This document shows positions 1 to 9,952 of a stretch of 64,000 bases of DNA, piece by piece; position 1 is the stretch's first letter, and every line of letters starts with the position of its first letter. The stretch covers positions 9,234-73,233 of the IMG/VR virus record IMGVR_UViG_3300047160_002519; one strand, given 5' to 3'. The translations under genes were made by a program, and so were the position numbers. The notes beneath the pieces are model-generated. The model searched no databases, was not told the origin of the DNA, and worked only from the letters and a program-made list of their open reading frames with translations. The DNA is from a virus.

Positions 1-1
1 G

Positions 2-658
2 GTGCTCTCGCCAGCGCCCTACAATAACACGGGCGGGCTCGCGGGCACGCTGGCAAGCGTGGTGCAGATCGCGGGCACGATCGGCAACGTGCTGGGCTCG
101 GTCAACTCGCTGCTCGGCGGCGGCACCGGCGGGGTCTTTCAGGCCCCCGTGGTGCCAGCCATCGCATCGACGGTCGAGTTCGAATACCTGCAGGACCTTC
201 CGATCGCGAACTATCCGCAGGAGAACGGGGCCTTCCAAGCCTACAACAAGGCAACGATGCCGTTTTCGATCCGGCTGCGGGTGTGCTCGGGCGGCTCGGT
301 GTCGGCGCGGCAGGCCTTCCTCTACACATGCCAAGCGATCAAGGACTCGTTTCAACTGTTCACGGTGATCACGCCTGAGATGGTTTTTTCGAGTGCGAAC
401 TGCTCGCACATCGACTGGCGGCGCACTGCGGATCGCGGCAACACGCTGATTCAGGTGGACTTGACCTTCGAGCAAGTGCCGATCGTGGCGGCGACCAGCC
501 TGACGAATACGATCGCGCCAGGAGACGCGGGCCAACAATCGATCGGCAGCGTGATCCCGCAACAGAATTCATCGGCGGGCTTCACCGCGCCGCTGTTCCA
601 GGGCCAAGGCGTGCCAGGGACCGGGCGGCTGTACGTTTCGCCAGGACCGCCAACGTAA
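2..658 (+). CDS. Dit-like baseplate/tail protein (5' truncated by window)
   Basis: IANYPQENGAFQAYNK motif typical of the Dit-like protein after tape measure in this myovirus class; position upstream of baseplate genes. Confidence 0.7.
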   Translation: MLSPAPYNNTGGLAGTLASVVQIAGTIGNVLGSVNSLLGGGTGGVFQAPVVPAIASTVEFEYLQDLPIANYPQENGAFQAYNKATMPFSIRLRVCSGGSVSARQAFLYTCQAIKDSFQLFTVITPEMVFSSANCSHIDWRRTADRGNTLIQVDLTFEQVPIVAATSLTNTIAPGDAGQQSIGSVIPQQNSSAGFTAPLFQGQGVPGTGRLYVSPGPPT

Positions 659-668
659 GGGGAGCGCG

Positions 669-998
669 ATGTTTCTCGTTCCGGTGCAACCGATTGCGAG
701 CCAGACGTTGCAAGTCGCGCTGGGCGGCCAATACTGCACGCTCAATGTCTACCAGCAGGCCTACGGGCTCTACATGGATGTTTTGATCGGCACGAACCCG
801 ATCGTGCAGGGCATTATCGCGCTGAACAACAATCTGATCGTCCGGAATGCATATTTCGGATTTCAGGGCGACTTCGTTTTCTTCGATACACAGGGCACGA
901 GCGACCCGGTCTACACCGGGCTCGGGACGCGCTATTTCCTGCTCTACTACACGGCCAGCGACATCGCGGCGTTCAACCTGCCAACAGGAGTGGCGTGA
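669..998 (+). CDS. Baseplate plug-like small protein
   Basis: VPVQPIASQTLQVALGGQ...YFGFQGDFVFFDTQGTSDPVYTGLGTRYFLLY signature; baseplate synteny. Confidence 0.75.
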   Translation: MFLVPVQPIASQTLQVALGGQYCTLNVYQQAYGLYMDVLIGTNPIVQGIIALNNNLIVRNAYFGFQGDFVFFDTQGTSDPVYTGLGTRYFLLYYTASDIAAFNLPTGVA

Positions 999-2038
999 TG
1001 GGGCTCGGCCTTCCGCTCCCAGGCTTTAGCGGCAATCAAATCCCGAACCGGCAGATCGGGCTGCAAATCCAGCTTGCACAGAATACGCAGACCAATCAGC
1101 CGAGCACCTTTGCAGGCCTCGGCTCGTCCGGCGGCGGGCTGGGTAGCTTATTCACCGGCGGCGGGCTGGGATCGCTCTTGAGCGGCGGCATCGGCGGCAA
1201 CACGCTCAACATTCAGGGTTTGCGGGCATCGGCACACATCCGCGACGTCGGATCGGGCATCTCATCATGCGACGTGAAGGTCTGGGGCTTGCCGCCGAAC
1301 TTGATGAATCAACTGAACTCGCTCGGGCTCGCGCTCAACATCATCAACACGAACAACTTGATCATCACGGCGGGAGACCCGAATAGCGGCATGTCACAGG
1401 TCTACAACGGGACGATCCTCTACTGCTACGGCGACTACTCCAATCAGCCGGAGACCCCGCTAGTCATCGTCGGCAACCCGAGCGGCGTGGTGCTCAATGC
1501 GACACCGACGAGCTATCAGAGCACGTTCGCGGTCTCGGATGCGATGAGCAAGCTCGCACAGAAGATGGGTCTGAACTTCAACAATAGCGGCAACGTCAAC
1601 ACGCAACTGCCCGCGATGTACGTGTCGGGATCGCCGCTCGTGCAGATTCAAAAGCTGGCACGCGCAGCGGCAATATCCTTCGGCATCAATCCAAATGGGA
1701 CGCTCGAAATCTTCCAGAAAGGCCAGCCGCGCCAGGGCGCGCAGACCACGACGATCAGCGCGGCAAACGGCATGATCGCCTCGCCCTCGTTCATTCCGAA
1801 TGGCATCACGGTCAAGACGCTGTTCAATCCGGCGATAAAGCTGTTCGACAACATCTCCGTCCAAAGCAGCGTCATGCAGGCGGTCGCGAGCGCGCAGCCG
1901 AGCAGCAACATCTCTCAGACGTGGATGGTCAACAAGATCGATCTCGACCTCGAAACCCAGGTCCCGAAGGGGCAGTGGATGATGACGATCCAGGCGATCT
2001 CGGCTGGCTCAAGCCCAAAGATTCCGGCAGCGACATGA
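995..2038 (+). CDS. Baseplate hub protein
   Basis: 347 aa; VKVWGL, IITAGD, GMIASPSF and GITVKTLFNPAIK motifs; between plug and spike. Confidence 0.75.
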   Translation: MMGLGLPLPGFSGNQIPNRQIGLQIQLAQNTQTNQPSTFAGLGSSGGGLGSLFTGGGLGSLLSGGIGGNTLNIQGLRASAHIRDVGSGISSCDVKVWGLPPNLMNQLNSLGLALNIINTNNLIITAGDPNSGMSQVYNGTILYCYGDYSNQPETPLVIVGNPSGVVLNATPTSYQSTFAVSDAMSKLAQKMGLNFNNSGNVNTQLPAMYVSGSPLVQIQKLARAAAISFGINPNGTLEIFQKGQPRQGAQTTTISAANGMIASPSFIPNGITVKTLFNPAIKLFDNISVQSSVMQAVASAQPSSNISQTWMVNKIDLDLETQVPKGQWMMTIQAISAGSSPKIPAAT

Positions 2039-2787
2039 CAGACACCACCATCAACCAAGCCGACAACACGCAAACCGCTGCGGGGCAGATGTTTCCGGAG
2101 GACTACGCTAACGAGTTCGCGGTGATTTCATTCATCGTTCGCCAAGCCCTGGCCGAGATGGAAACCTGCACGCCGGTGCAGGTCAAGACCGTGCATGCGG
2201 GCAGCGGCAACCCGGCGGCGGGCGGTACGGTCGATGTGCAGCTTCTGGTCTCGCTGCTCGATGGCAACGGCAACGCCACCAAGCAAGGTGTCGTCTATGG
2301 GCTGCCCTACTTCCGGATGCAGAGCCAGAACTGGGCGATTGCGATGGACCCGGCAGCCGGAGACTACGGCTTCATCATCGCGGCCTCGCGCGACATCTCG
2401 AACGTCACCAAGACGCCGGGGCAAGCGAATCCGGGCAGCTTTCGGCAGCATTCATTCTCGGACGGTTTCTTCATTCCGTGCTCGTTCAACACCGCGACCC
2501 CGGGCGGCTACATCCAACTCAAAAGCGACGGCAGTCTCAACATCAACACGAAAGACGGAGTCGTGATAAAAAGCGACGGATCAGGCGCGCTGACGATCAC
2601 GACCCAGGGGAATGCGACGGTGAACTGCGGCAGCAACACCCTCGATGTCACGGCGACCACGACGACGATCCATGGCGATCTCAACGTCACGGGCGACGTC
2701 AAGGCGAAGTCCGGCGGCGCGACCTTCGTCCGGCTGTCGACGCACACCCATCCAGGCAACAATCTTTCCCCGAATCCAGGGACATGA
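2035..2787 (+). CDS. Gp138-family baseplate central spike
   Basis: ATGA overlap start at 2035; N-terminal GTVDVQLL..LPYFRMQ..DPAAGDYG..RDIS OB-fold region, beta-helix and C-terminal HTH (His-x-His) iron-binding tip motif. Confidence 0.85.
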   Translation: MTDTTINQADNTQTAAGQMFPEDYANEFAVISFIVRQALAEMETCTPVQVKTVHAGSGNPAAGGTVDVQLLVSLLDGNGNATKQGVVYGLPYFRMQSQNWAIAMDPAAGDYGFIIAASRDISNVTKTPGQANPGSFRQHSFSDGFFIPCSFNTATPGGYIQLKSDGSLNINTKDGVVIKSDGSGALTITTQGNATVNCGSNTLDVTATTTTIHGDLNVTGDVKAKSGGATFVRLSTHTHPGNNLSPNPGT

Positions 2788-2788
2788 G

Positions 2789-3178
2789 ATGGCATCGACC
2801 CTCTTCCTCGATCCGGTGGCGTGGGACCTGACGCTCGATGTCAATCTCAACATCGCAGTCGCCCCGGAGCCCTACGCGCTGGCGCAGGATGCGGCGAGCG
2901 CGATCAAGACGTTCCTGGGCGAGGTATACTGGAACACGCAGATCGGCGTACCCTACTTCCAGCAAATCTTCGGCTTCGCCCCGCCGGTGGCGCTCCTGAA
3001 GCAGTACCTCGTGCAGGCGGCGCTGACGGTGCCGAACGTGGCCTCGGCGCAAGTCTTCCTGGCAAGCCTGGACCCGACGACTCGGATACTCTCCGGGCAG
3101 GTCCAGCTTGTGAGCAAGACGGCCCAGGGTGGGGCGGCGAACTTCACGGTCGGCACTCTGACGGGAGGAGCGCATTAG
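2789..3178 (+). CDS. Baseplate wedge / gp25-like protein
   Basis: LDPVAWDLTLD..GEVYWNTQIGVPYF motif; start reassigned to ATG 2789. Confidence 0.75.
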   Translation: MASTLFLDPVAWDLTLDVNLNIAVAPEPYALAQDAASAIKTFLGEVYWNTQIGVPYFQQIFGFAPPVALLKQYLVQAALTVPNVASAQVFLASLDPTTRILSGQVQLVSKTAQGGAANFTVGTLTGGAH

Positions 3179-3179
3179 C

Positions 3180-4829
3180 ATGGCAGGCACTCTCGTCCCG
3201 ACCTTCACCTTCACCTCGACGGGCTTTGTCGCGCCGAGCGGCCCGGCGGTGCTGGCGGGCGTGCAGGGTGACATCAACGCGGCCTTCGGCAACGTGCTGA
3301 ACTATTCGCTGACGACCCCGCAGGGCCAGCTTGCGATGAGCTGGGCTGCAATCATCGACAACACCTACGCGACGTTTCAATTCTACGCGCAACAGATGGA
3401 CCCCGCTTATGCAACGGGGCGGATGCAGGATGCGATCGGCCGCATCTACGGTATGCAGCGGCAGCCCTCGGTCCCGACCCAACTGCAGATTTCGTGCAAC
3501 GGGCTCTCGGGCGTTACGATTCCCTTCGGCGCGCTGATCCAAGACGGCAATGCGAACCTCTACTCCTGCGCCACGGTCGGCGGCGGTGTGATCGGCGCGG
3601 GTGGATCGGTCACGCTGCAGTTCAACGCAGTGGTGCCCGGGCCGACAGCGGTGCCCGTCTCGGTCTCGATCTATGGGGCGATCCCGGGATGGGACTCGGC
3701 CACAGTGCAGAGCGGCGTGACCGGGCAGTCAATCGAGGGCCGCTCGGCATTCGAGTCCCGGCGGCAGGCTTCCGTTGCAGGAAATAGTTTCGGCGCAATC
3801 GGCTCGATCCTGGGCGCGGTGTCCCAGGTACCGAACGTGACCGACTTTTTCGGCATCAATAACAACTCGGCCGCTCCGCTCAATGTCTACGGCGTCACGG
3901 TGCCCGCGTACTCGATCTTCATTTCCGTTGCGGGCGGCACGAGCACGGCGGTCGCACAGGCGATCTTTTCCAAGAAGGGCGCGGGAGCGCCGATGGCAGG
4001 CAACACCACGGTCACGGTATACGACTCGAACCCGCTCTACACGGCCCCGATCCCCTATCAGATCACCTATGAAATCCCGGTGCCGATCAATGTCTTGTGG
4101 AACATCGTGCTGGTGAACAACCCCGGCATCCCGTCGAACTATGTGACATTGGTGCAGAACGCGATCGTCGCGGCGGCGAACGGGCAGAGCAATGTCACCA
4201 ATCCGCCACCGCGGATTCGGATCGGCAGCACGGCCTATGCTCAGAACTATGCATCGGCCATCGCCGCGCTGGGATCATGGGCGCAGATTTCCTCGATCCA
4301 GATCGGCACCATCAACAATGCGGGCAGTGTCAACTTCGGCGGCACGATCTCGGGCACCACGCTGACCATCCTCACCGGCACCATCGTCGGCGGCTCGATC
4401 GCGCTCGGGCAGTTCGTCGAGGACCCGCGCGTCGTCAACGGCACGCAGATCGTGGCGGGCTCGGGCTTGAGTTGGACGGTGAACAACCCGCAGACGCTCG
4501 GCACCATGACAGCGACGGGCAACACGAGCGGATCATCGACCAGCGTGACGATTTCCGCGGTCTCGGGTGGTGTCATCAATCAGGGCGGCAACGGCGACGT
4601 CATCACCGGCAGCGGCATTCCGACGAACACCACGATCATCTCGCAAACCTCGGGTGCGCCAGGAGGCGCGGGTGTTTACGTGGTCTCGACGGCAGTCAAC
4701 CTTGTCGGAGTGGCGCTGACGATCTACCCGGGCCTGATGGCGGCGACCGCGTCGTCGAACACGACCTCGATCAATGCCGATCAGGTGCCGCAGACCTCGG
4801 CCCCGAATATCCTCGTGAGCCACACATGA
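3180..4829 (+). CDS. Baseplate J-like protein with extra C-terminal beta-rich modules
   Basis: TPQGQLA, DPAYATGRMQDAIGRIY motifs; 549 aa, with Gly/Thr-rich insert. Confidence 0.85.
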   Translation: MAGTLVPTFTFTSTGFVAPSGPAVLAGVQGDINAAFGNVLNYSLTTPQGQLAMSWAAIIDNTYATFQFYAQQMDPAYATGRMQDAIGRIYGMQRQPSVPTQLQISCNGLSGVTIPFGALIQDGNANLYSCATVGGGVIGAGGSVTLQFNAVVPGPTAVPVSVSIYGAIPGWDSATVQSGVTGQSIEGRSAFESRRQASVAGNSFGAIGSILGAVSQVPNVTDFFGINNNSAAPLNVYGVTVPAYSIFISVAGGTSTAVAQAIFSKKGAGAPMAGNTTVTVYDSNPLYTAPIPYQITYEIPVPINVLWNIVLVNNPGIPSNYVTLVQNAIVAAANGQSNVTNPPPRIRIGSTAYAQNYASAIAALGSWAQISSIQIGTINNAGSVNFGGTISGTTLTILTGTIVGGSIALGQFVEDPRVVNGTQIVAGSGLSWTVNNPQTLGTMTATGNTSGSSTSVTISAVSGGVINQGGNGDVITGSGIPTNTTIISQTSGAPGGAGVYVVSTAVNLVGVALTIYPGLMAATASSNTTSINADQVPQTSAPNILVSHT

Positions 4830-5491
4830 CCGGCCCTCCCTATCCACATCCGAGTCCGGCACCGGGCACGACGGGAATCGGCCAGTTTCAGATCGGCGTC
4901 TCCCCGATCGGTGACGTTCCTACGTTCGATCCTTGGGTTACGCTGCTTTCGCAATACGCCAACTCGCCCGTCATCACCGCGATGATTCTCGAGTTCAACG
5001 CGGCGATGGACATGACCCAGAACTGCTCGAACTTCTACGATATGATGTGGAATATTCAGACAGCGCAGGGCTACGGCCTCGATGTGTGGGGCCGCATCGT
5101 CAACACGACGCGCATTCTGACAATCCCAGGCTCCGCGCAGTTCTTGGGCTTCGGAGAAGCGGGCGGAAGCTGGACCGGATTTGGCCAGGGCATCTGGGCC
5201 TCGCCCGGCGCTGGCCTCACGCAGAACTACCTGTTGGGCGATACCGACTTTCGGCGGCTGATCCTGGCGAAGGCTGCAACGAACATCACGGACGGCTCGA
5301 TCCAATCGACCAATGCGATCCTGCTGGCGCTATTTCCTGGCAGGGGCAACGCTTGGGTGGCGGACGGGCTGAATATGCAACTGACCTATACGTTTGCATT
5401 CGCGCTGACGCCCGCCGAGTTCGCGATCGTGCAGACCCCTGGCATTTTGCCCGCTGCGACCGGCGTGATAGTAAACATCGCGCAAGTATGA
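4826..5491 (+). CDS. DUF2612-family baseplate wedge protein
   Basis: SQYANSP, WNIQTAQGYGLDVWGRIV, DTDFRRLILAKA motifs; ATGA overlap start at 4826. Confidence 0.85.
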   Translation: MTGPPYPHPSPAPGTTGIGQFQIGVSPIGDVPTFDPWVTLLSQYANSPVITAMILEFNAAMDMTQNCSNFYDMMWNIQTAQGYGLDVWGRIVNTTRILTIPGSAQFLGFGEAGGSWTGFGQGIWASPGAGLTQNYLLGDTDFRRLILAKAATNITDGSIQSTNAILLALFPGRGNAWVADGLNMQLTYTFAFALTPAEFAIVQTPGILPAATGVIVNIAQV

Positions 5492-5503
5492 GGGAGGATT
5501 ATC

Positions 5504-6655
5504 GTGAGGCATCTCCGTGCGCTTCTTCTTGCGGTGCTCGCCGCTCTCGCTCCGATGCAGGCGCACGCGCTCTCGCGCGGATCACCGCCGAACAAGAACG
5601 GCGTGCCCTGGGGCAACAGCGCGGGCACGAGCTACATCCGCGTTATCCCAGTGCCTTCGCAGATCGGCATTCAGAACTGCGCGGCGAGCTATACCGATGG
5701 ATTCCCCCCGCTGACCTTCCTGCCCGCAGGCGCGGGCGGCTGTCCGCCGTTCGGCCAGGACATGAACGGCATCCTCAATGCGAACGCGCTGGCGATCCAG
5801 TGGATGTTTGCAGGCGGCACGGTCAACTATGACGCTACCTTTCAAACCCAGATCGGCGGCTATCCGAAAGATGCGCTGGTTCAATCGAACATCCTGATCG
5901 GGCGCGTATGGCGATCGACTGCCGATAACAATCTGACGAACCCGGACGATCAAACCGGCGCGACGGTGAACTGGGACGTTCCCGTAGGCTCGATGCGCGC
6001 GGGCACGCTGATCGCGACTTATAACGGGGGGACCGCGATGATTGGCGCGGTCTATGCGAACGGCAGTACGGTCGGAGACGCGTCCTCGAACGCAACCACG
6101 CGAGCGAACTCCGATACTTATTGGCTGTTCTCGTATCTATGGAGCACTTGCGGCTCATGCGGCATCTTCACCTCGGCGGGCGGCGGTTCGACCAAGACAA
6201 CGATCGCGGCTGACTGGGCTGCGCATAAGCAGATGGCAACGCCGGACTTGCGCGGTACGACTGTGATGGGAGCCGACAACTCTTCTACGCGGCTCACCGG
6301 CGTGCCTGTAGTCTCCGGCTCGGCAACAGCAACCGGCTCTATACTCGGTGAGAATCTGCACACTCTGACCTCACCCGCCGAGATCCCGGCGCACACGCAC
6401 TCCCCCACGGTGAGCCAGGGCTGCTCGGCCTCGGACTCCGGGCATTCGCACTCGATCGGCTTTACCTTCGGCGGCACCGCAGTGGGCTCGCCCGGCGGCT
6501 CATTCGCGGCGGCCGGGTCCACTGGCACCACGACCAATAGCGCGAACATCACGTGCTCGACTGCAGTCGGTGTCACGATTGGCAGCACCGGCAGTAGTGG
6601 CGCGCATAACACGGTCCCACGCTCAACGATAATCTTCTGGTACCTGCAGCTATGA
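5504..6655 (+). CDS. Tail fibre protein with collar-like region and His-x-His knots, N-terminal signal-peptide-like leader
   Basis: ASYTDGFPPLT..GGCPPFGQDMNGIL..IGGYP baseplate-binding N-domain; PDLRG, HTH and HSH motifs; strong RBS GGGAGG before GTG. Confidence 0.8.
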   Translation: MRHLRALLLAVLAALAPMQAHALSRGSPPNKNGVPWGNSAGTSYIRVIPVPSQIGIQNCAASYTDGFPPLTFLPAGAGGCPPFGQDMNGILNANALAIQWMFAGGTVNYDATFQTQIGGYPKDALVQSNILIGRVWRSTADNNLTNPDDQTGATVNWDVPVGSMRAGTLIATYNGGTAMIGAVYANGSTVGDASSNATTRANSDTYWLFSYLWSTCGSCGIFTSAGGGSTKTTIAADWAAHKQMATPDLRGTTVMGADNSSTRLTGVPVVSGSATATGSILGENLHTLTSPAEIPAHTHSPTVSQGCSASDSGHSHSIGFTFGGTAVGSPGGSFAAAGSTGTTTNSANITCSTAVGVTIGSTGSSGAHNTVPRSTIIFWYLQL

Positions 6656-7995
6656 AAAAATCTTGCAAAAAAATCCTCGGTTTTGGCATTGCGCTGGCGC
6701 TGACGATTGCGCCCGCCTTCGCGCAACAGAGTGCGCCGAACTGGAGCTACGGCTACGTGCCGACTCCAGCCGAATGGAACTTCTGGTTCGCGAAGAAAAC
6801 CGATTGGCCTGGGCAGCCCTCGTGCTTGGTCACCGGCTGCACGCTGACCGGCCCCGTCTTGACGACGCCTTCGGTCGCGGGCGCGGCGGGCTTGAACGTT
6901 CCCCCAGGCGTCGCCCCGACAGCGCCGAACGCGGGCGATATCTGGACCTCGACTGCCCCGCTCGGCATGTACGTGCGGCTCGGCACGACGAACTACAATC
7001 TCTTGAGCCCGGTGCATGCGCCGTTGGGGCGGATCACGCTGACCGCCAATACCCCGGTGATGACGGCAACCGCCTCGGCGCAAACGACACTGCGTTACGA
7101 TTGCGCGACCAACGCGAGCGGCGGTAGCGGCGTCTGGTACTTCGACGGGGTAAATGATCAGATCGATTTTATCGCGGCTTGTGAGGTGACGGACGCGATG
7201 GTTTCGGCGGCGAGCGCGGGCCAAGTCGTCTCGGGTCAGATTTACGATCTATGGTGGGCGCACGGCGGGGCGAACCGCATCTGTCTCGCGATGAGCACTG
7301 CAGTTGGAGGCGGCGGCGGATGGGCGAGCGATGCGGGCGGATCGAGCACGTCACGCGGCACCGGCTACACGCAACTCGACTATGCGACGCGGGCCTACAT
7401 CACGAACAAGAATGCGATCTCGAACTGCTTCAACGGAGCGGCCAACTACGGCACGCTGCTCGCCAATCAGGCGACCTATCTCGGCACGGTGCTGGCGAGC
7501 GCGAACGGGCAAGTCAGCTACATTTTCGGCGCGTCGGCTTCCGGTGGCACGGCGGGCGTATTCGGGGTTTGCAATCCGTTCAACCAAGTCTTGGTCACCT
7601 CGGCCGTCATCGACACCGGCGCGACCTACACCTACTCCTCGGCCACGATCCGGCAGAGCCGCGCGAGTGCGGGGATGCAGCACCAAGTCGTTAACTGCCT
7701 TGGTACGCAAGCCTACGACCTTGCCTACGCCTCGGGAATCACGACGACAGCCACGGCGGCTGCGCAGGGCAACAAGGGCATCGGGCTAAACTCGACGACG
7801 ACCTACGCGAGCCAGCGCGCGGTGACGTGGAGCCAAGCGGCGGCGGCGATGCAAGGATCGCCGGTGGCGATTCTGCGTTCCATCCCAGGCTTCGGCCTGC
7901 AGACGTTTTCGGGCAACGAAGCCTCAGACGGTACAAATGCGCATACCTTCGACGCGCAATCGACCGACAACCTTTCGATCTCGTTCATGAACTAG
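6652..7995 (+). CDS. Second tail-fibre/receptor-binding-like protein with signal-peptide-like leader
   Basis: PNWSYGYVPTPAEWN N-domain; GRITLTANTPV..YLGT..CNPFNQV region seen in fibre proteins; Gly/Ala/Thr-rich. Confidence 0.6.
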   Translation: MKKSCKKILGFGIALALTIAPAFAQQSAPNWSYGYVPTPAEWNFWFAKKTDWPGQPSCLVTGCTLTGPVLTTPSVAGAAGLNVPPGVAPTAPNAGDIWTSTAPLGMYVRLGTTNYNLLSPVHAPLGRITLTANTPVMTATASAQTTLRYDCATNASGGSGVWYFDGVNDQIDFIAACEVTDAMVSAASAGQVVSGQIYDLWWAHGGANRICLAMSTAVGGGGGWASDAGGSSTSRGTGYTQLDYATRAYITNKNAISNCFNGAANYGTLLANQATYLGTVLASANGQVSYIFGASASGGTAGVFGVCNPFNQVLVTSAVIDTGATYTYSSATIRQSRASAGMQHQVVNCLGTQAYDLAYASGITTTATAAAQGNKGIGLNSTTTYASQRAVTWSQAAAAMQGSPVAILRSIPGFGLQTFSGNEASDGTNAHTFDAQSTDNLSISFMN

Positions 7996-8007
7996 GAGGG
8001 TGAACAT

Positions 8008-8211
8008 ATGATCGAGCTATTGATCCAGTTGGTCATCGTCCTATTGATCGCCGGGCTCGTGTGGTGGATCATCGAGCAACTGTTGCCGCTCGTCCCGATG
8101 CCCGGGCCGATTGCACGAGTGATTCGGGTTCTCGTGATCGCGATCATCGCGCTGATTGTGATCTATTACGCGCTGATCCCGCTGTTGCATGAAATCCCGC
8201 GCGTGCGGTGA
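8008..8211 (+). CDS. Small two-TM membrane protein, holin candidate
   Basis: Two hydrophobic helices, basic C-terminus, RBS AGGAGG; converges on endolysin. Confidence 0.5.
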   Translation: MIELLIQLVIVLLIAGLVWWIIEQLLPLVPMPGPIARVIRVLVIAIIALIVIYYALIPLLHEIPRVR

Positions 8212-8330
8212 AATAGCTCGGCAACAAAGCGTTGGTAGCCTCTCGATTCGGAGAGGCGACCATGAAAAACAAAATCATCGTTATTGCATTAGCGCTGCTC
8301 GCGCTCGCGCTGTTTACCTGGGCAGTATTT

Positions 8331-9326
8331 TCAAGTCCGATCAGGGGCAGGGAACGGGTACAAGACAAGCACCTCGTCATCGGTCGAGAGTTGGAGCGCT
8401 TCGAGGAGGCCTGGGGATAGATCGGCGGCGCGGCCGGTATCCTCATGCGGCCCCCAATCGGCGGGGCGGGCCAGGAGCGTCTTTCCGGTCTCCACTGCCC
8501 GCACGATCGCAACCAAGTTCTGGTCGGCCAGCATCTCTTTCGGCGTGATATCGTAATCCCATCTGCACGCGACATAGAACTTGTCCGGATCGAGCCGCCG
8601 CGCGAGCCCGGTGGTGCCCGGCGGTTGTTGGGGCAGGAACAGCCCGGGCGCGTCGTCGAGTTCGTAGATGAAGGCAAGTCCCTCGCTCGGAGAGACACCA
8701 TCATCCTCCGGGCCGCCAAACCAACTGCACGGGCCGGAGAAGGCAGTGGTGAACTCGGGCTCCCGCCTGGGCGGCGGCACGATCTCGGGAGCGGTTTCGA
8801 CATCGGGCAGCGCGATGGCAATCGCCTTACATATCTCATCGAAGTGCTGATGGTAGAGCGAGACATCGGCCTCGCTGTCCACGAAACAGATTTCAAGAAG
8901 CAGAGCCGGAGCGATAGTGTGATTCAGGAAGTAATAGTTTCCGAGCTTGCCGCCGCGATCCCTGAAGCCACCGGCATCCGCTATCGCACCGGACACCTTG
9001 CGCGCCAAATCTTCCTGGGTTTTGTAATAGACTTCGCAGCCCATCGGCTCACTGGTCGCATTGGAGCAGTTCAAATGTACTGACACGTCGAGCTTGTGCG
9101 GTAGCGAGGCGTTGTGAAAATCGACAATGCGGTTGAGATTCTCCTCCTGATTGTCCGAGACGTCATCATGAAAGGTGATGACTTTGGCGCCGAGCTTGCG
9201 TAGCTGCAACGCGACCTCCTCGACGATGCGCCGCGCCTCATTCACTTCGTCGAGTCCCCACGGCTTGGGACCTTCGGCACCGCGAATGTATTTTCCGTGG
9301 CCGCTCGAAATAACGACATCCACCAT
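8331..9326 (-). CDS. Endolysin: Amidase_3 N-acetylmuramoyl-L-alanine amidase plus C-terminal RlpA-like (DPBB) domain
   Basis: SSGHG, E, SVHLN, LLEICFVD Zn-amidase motifs; C-terminal CSWFGG...DWGP...GRAADLS. Confidence 0.85.
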   Translation of the reverse strand: MVDVVISSGHGKYIRGAEGPKPWGLDEVNEARRIVEEVALQLRKLGAKVITFHDDVSDNQEENLNRIVDFHNASLPHKLDVSVHLNCSNATSEPMGCEVYYKTQEDLARKVSGAIADAGGFRDRGGKLGNYYFLNHTIAPALLLEICFVDSEADVSLYHQHFDEICKAIAIALPDVETAPEIVPPPRREPEFTTAFSGPCSWFGGPEDDGVSPSEGLAFIYELDDAPGLFLPQQPPGTTGLARRLDPDKFYVACRWDYDITPKEMLADQNLVAIVRAVETGKTLLARPADWGPHEDTGRAADLSPGLLEALQLSTDDEVLVLYPFPAPDRT

Positions 9327-9330
9327 TGGA

Positions 9331-9582
9331 TTACCTCTTGGGATTTTCCGCCTGCTCTATCAGCAATTTGACATAGTCGCACGTCTCGGTGACGGGAATG
9401 GCCTTGCCATCAGCAAGCCCGACCAGACAGTTCGCCTCCTTGGGGAAGTGCAGCGCGTCATGTGAGCGCACCGCAGGCGGATTGCGCGTGAATGTGATCT
9501 GGCCAGGAACCACGGAGACTTCAACCCCACCCGGCGCGTGGAGCACGATCAGAACCACGACGACTGGAGACCAGATCATCAT
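9331..9582 (-). CDS. Small protein, possible FlbD-like fold
   Basis: LIVLHAPGGVEVSVVPGQI...VGLADGKAIPVTETCDYV pattern resembles FlbD/SwrD. Confidence 0.4.
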   Translation of the reverse strand: MMIWSPVVVVLIVLHAPGGVEVSVVPGQITFTRNPPAVRSHDALHFPKEANCLVGLADGKAIPVTETCDYVKLLIEQAENPKR

Positions 9583-9952
9583 ACGGCCGAGCCTACACCC
9601 GAATCAGATAGAAGGCGCGGGTGCCTCTCTTGGGGCATGCTTCCCAGAACTCGGCCGTCTCATCAGCCCCCTCCATGGCGGCCGTTTTTTGGGGGCCAGT
9701 ATGTGCGGCCGCTTCGCCGGAGGAAGTCCCCGACAGGCGGGTTAGGCCCGAAGGTCACATTTCCCAGTACACCCGCTTGGGGTGCTCGGGCGCGGTCTCG
9801 GGCAGTTCGGAGTTCCGCCACAGGGGCTCGGCCAGTTCCCAGATCAAGCCTGCGAGCCAGCCACAGAACAGCACGCACAGGATTGATGTACACACCTACC
9901 CTCCTCCTCGGAAAAAGCACCACGGGCCACGGCTGGCCCGGGACGGGGCATT

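Noticed and set aside
5504-7995. Diversity-generating retroelement targeting fibres
   Set aside because: No reverse transcriptase and no adenine-variant template/variable repeat pair seen
8232-8420. 62 aa plus-strand ORF as spanin/holin
   Set aside because: Overlaps the endolysin 3' end in antisense and has no lipobox or partner; not supportable
9583-9760. Hammerhead ribozyme (CTGATGAG on minus strand)
   Set aside because: No correctly placed GAAA after stem II and no closing stems
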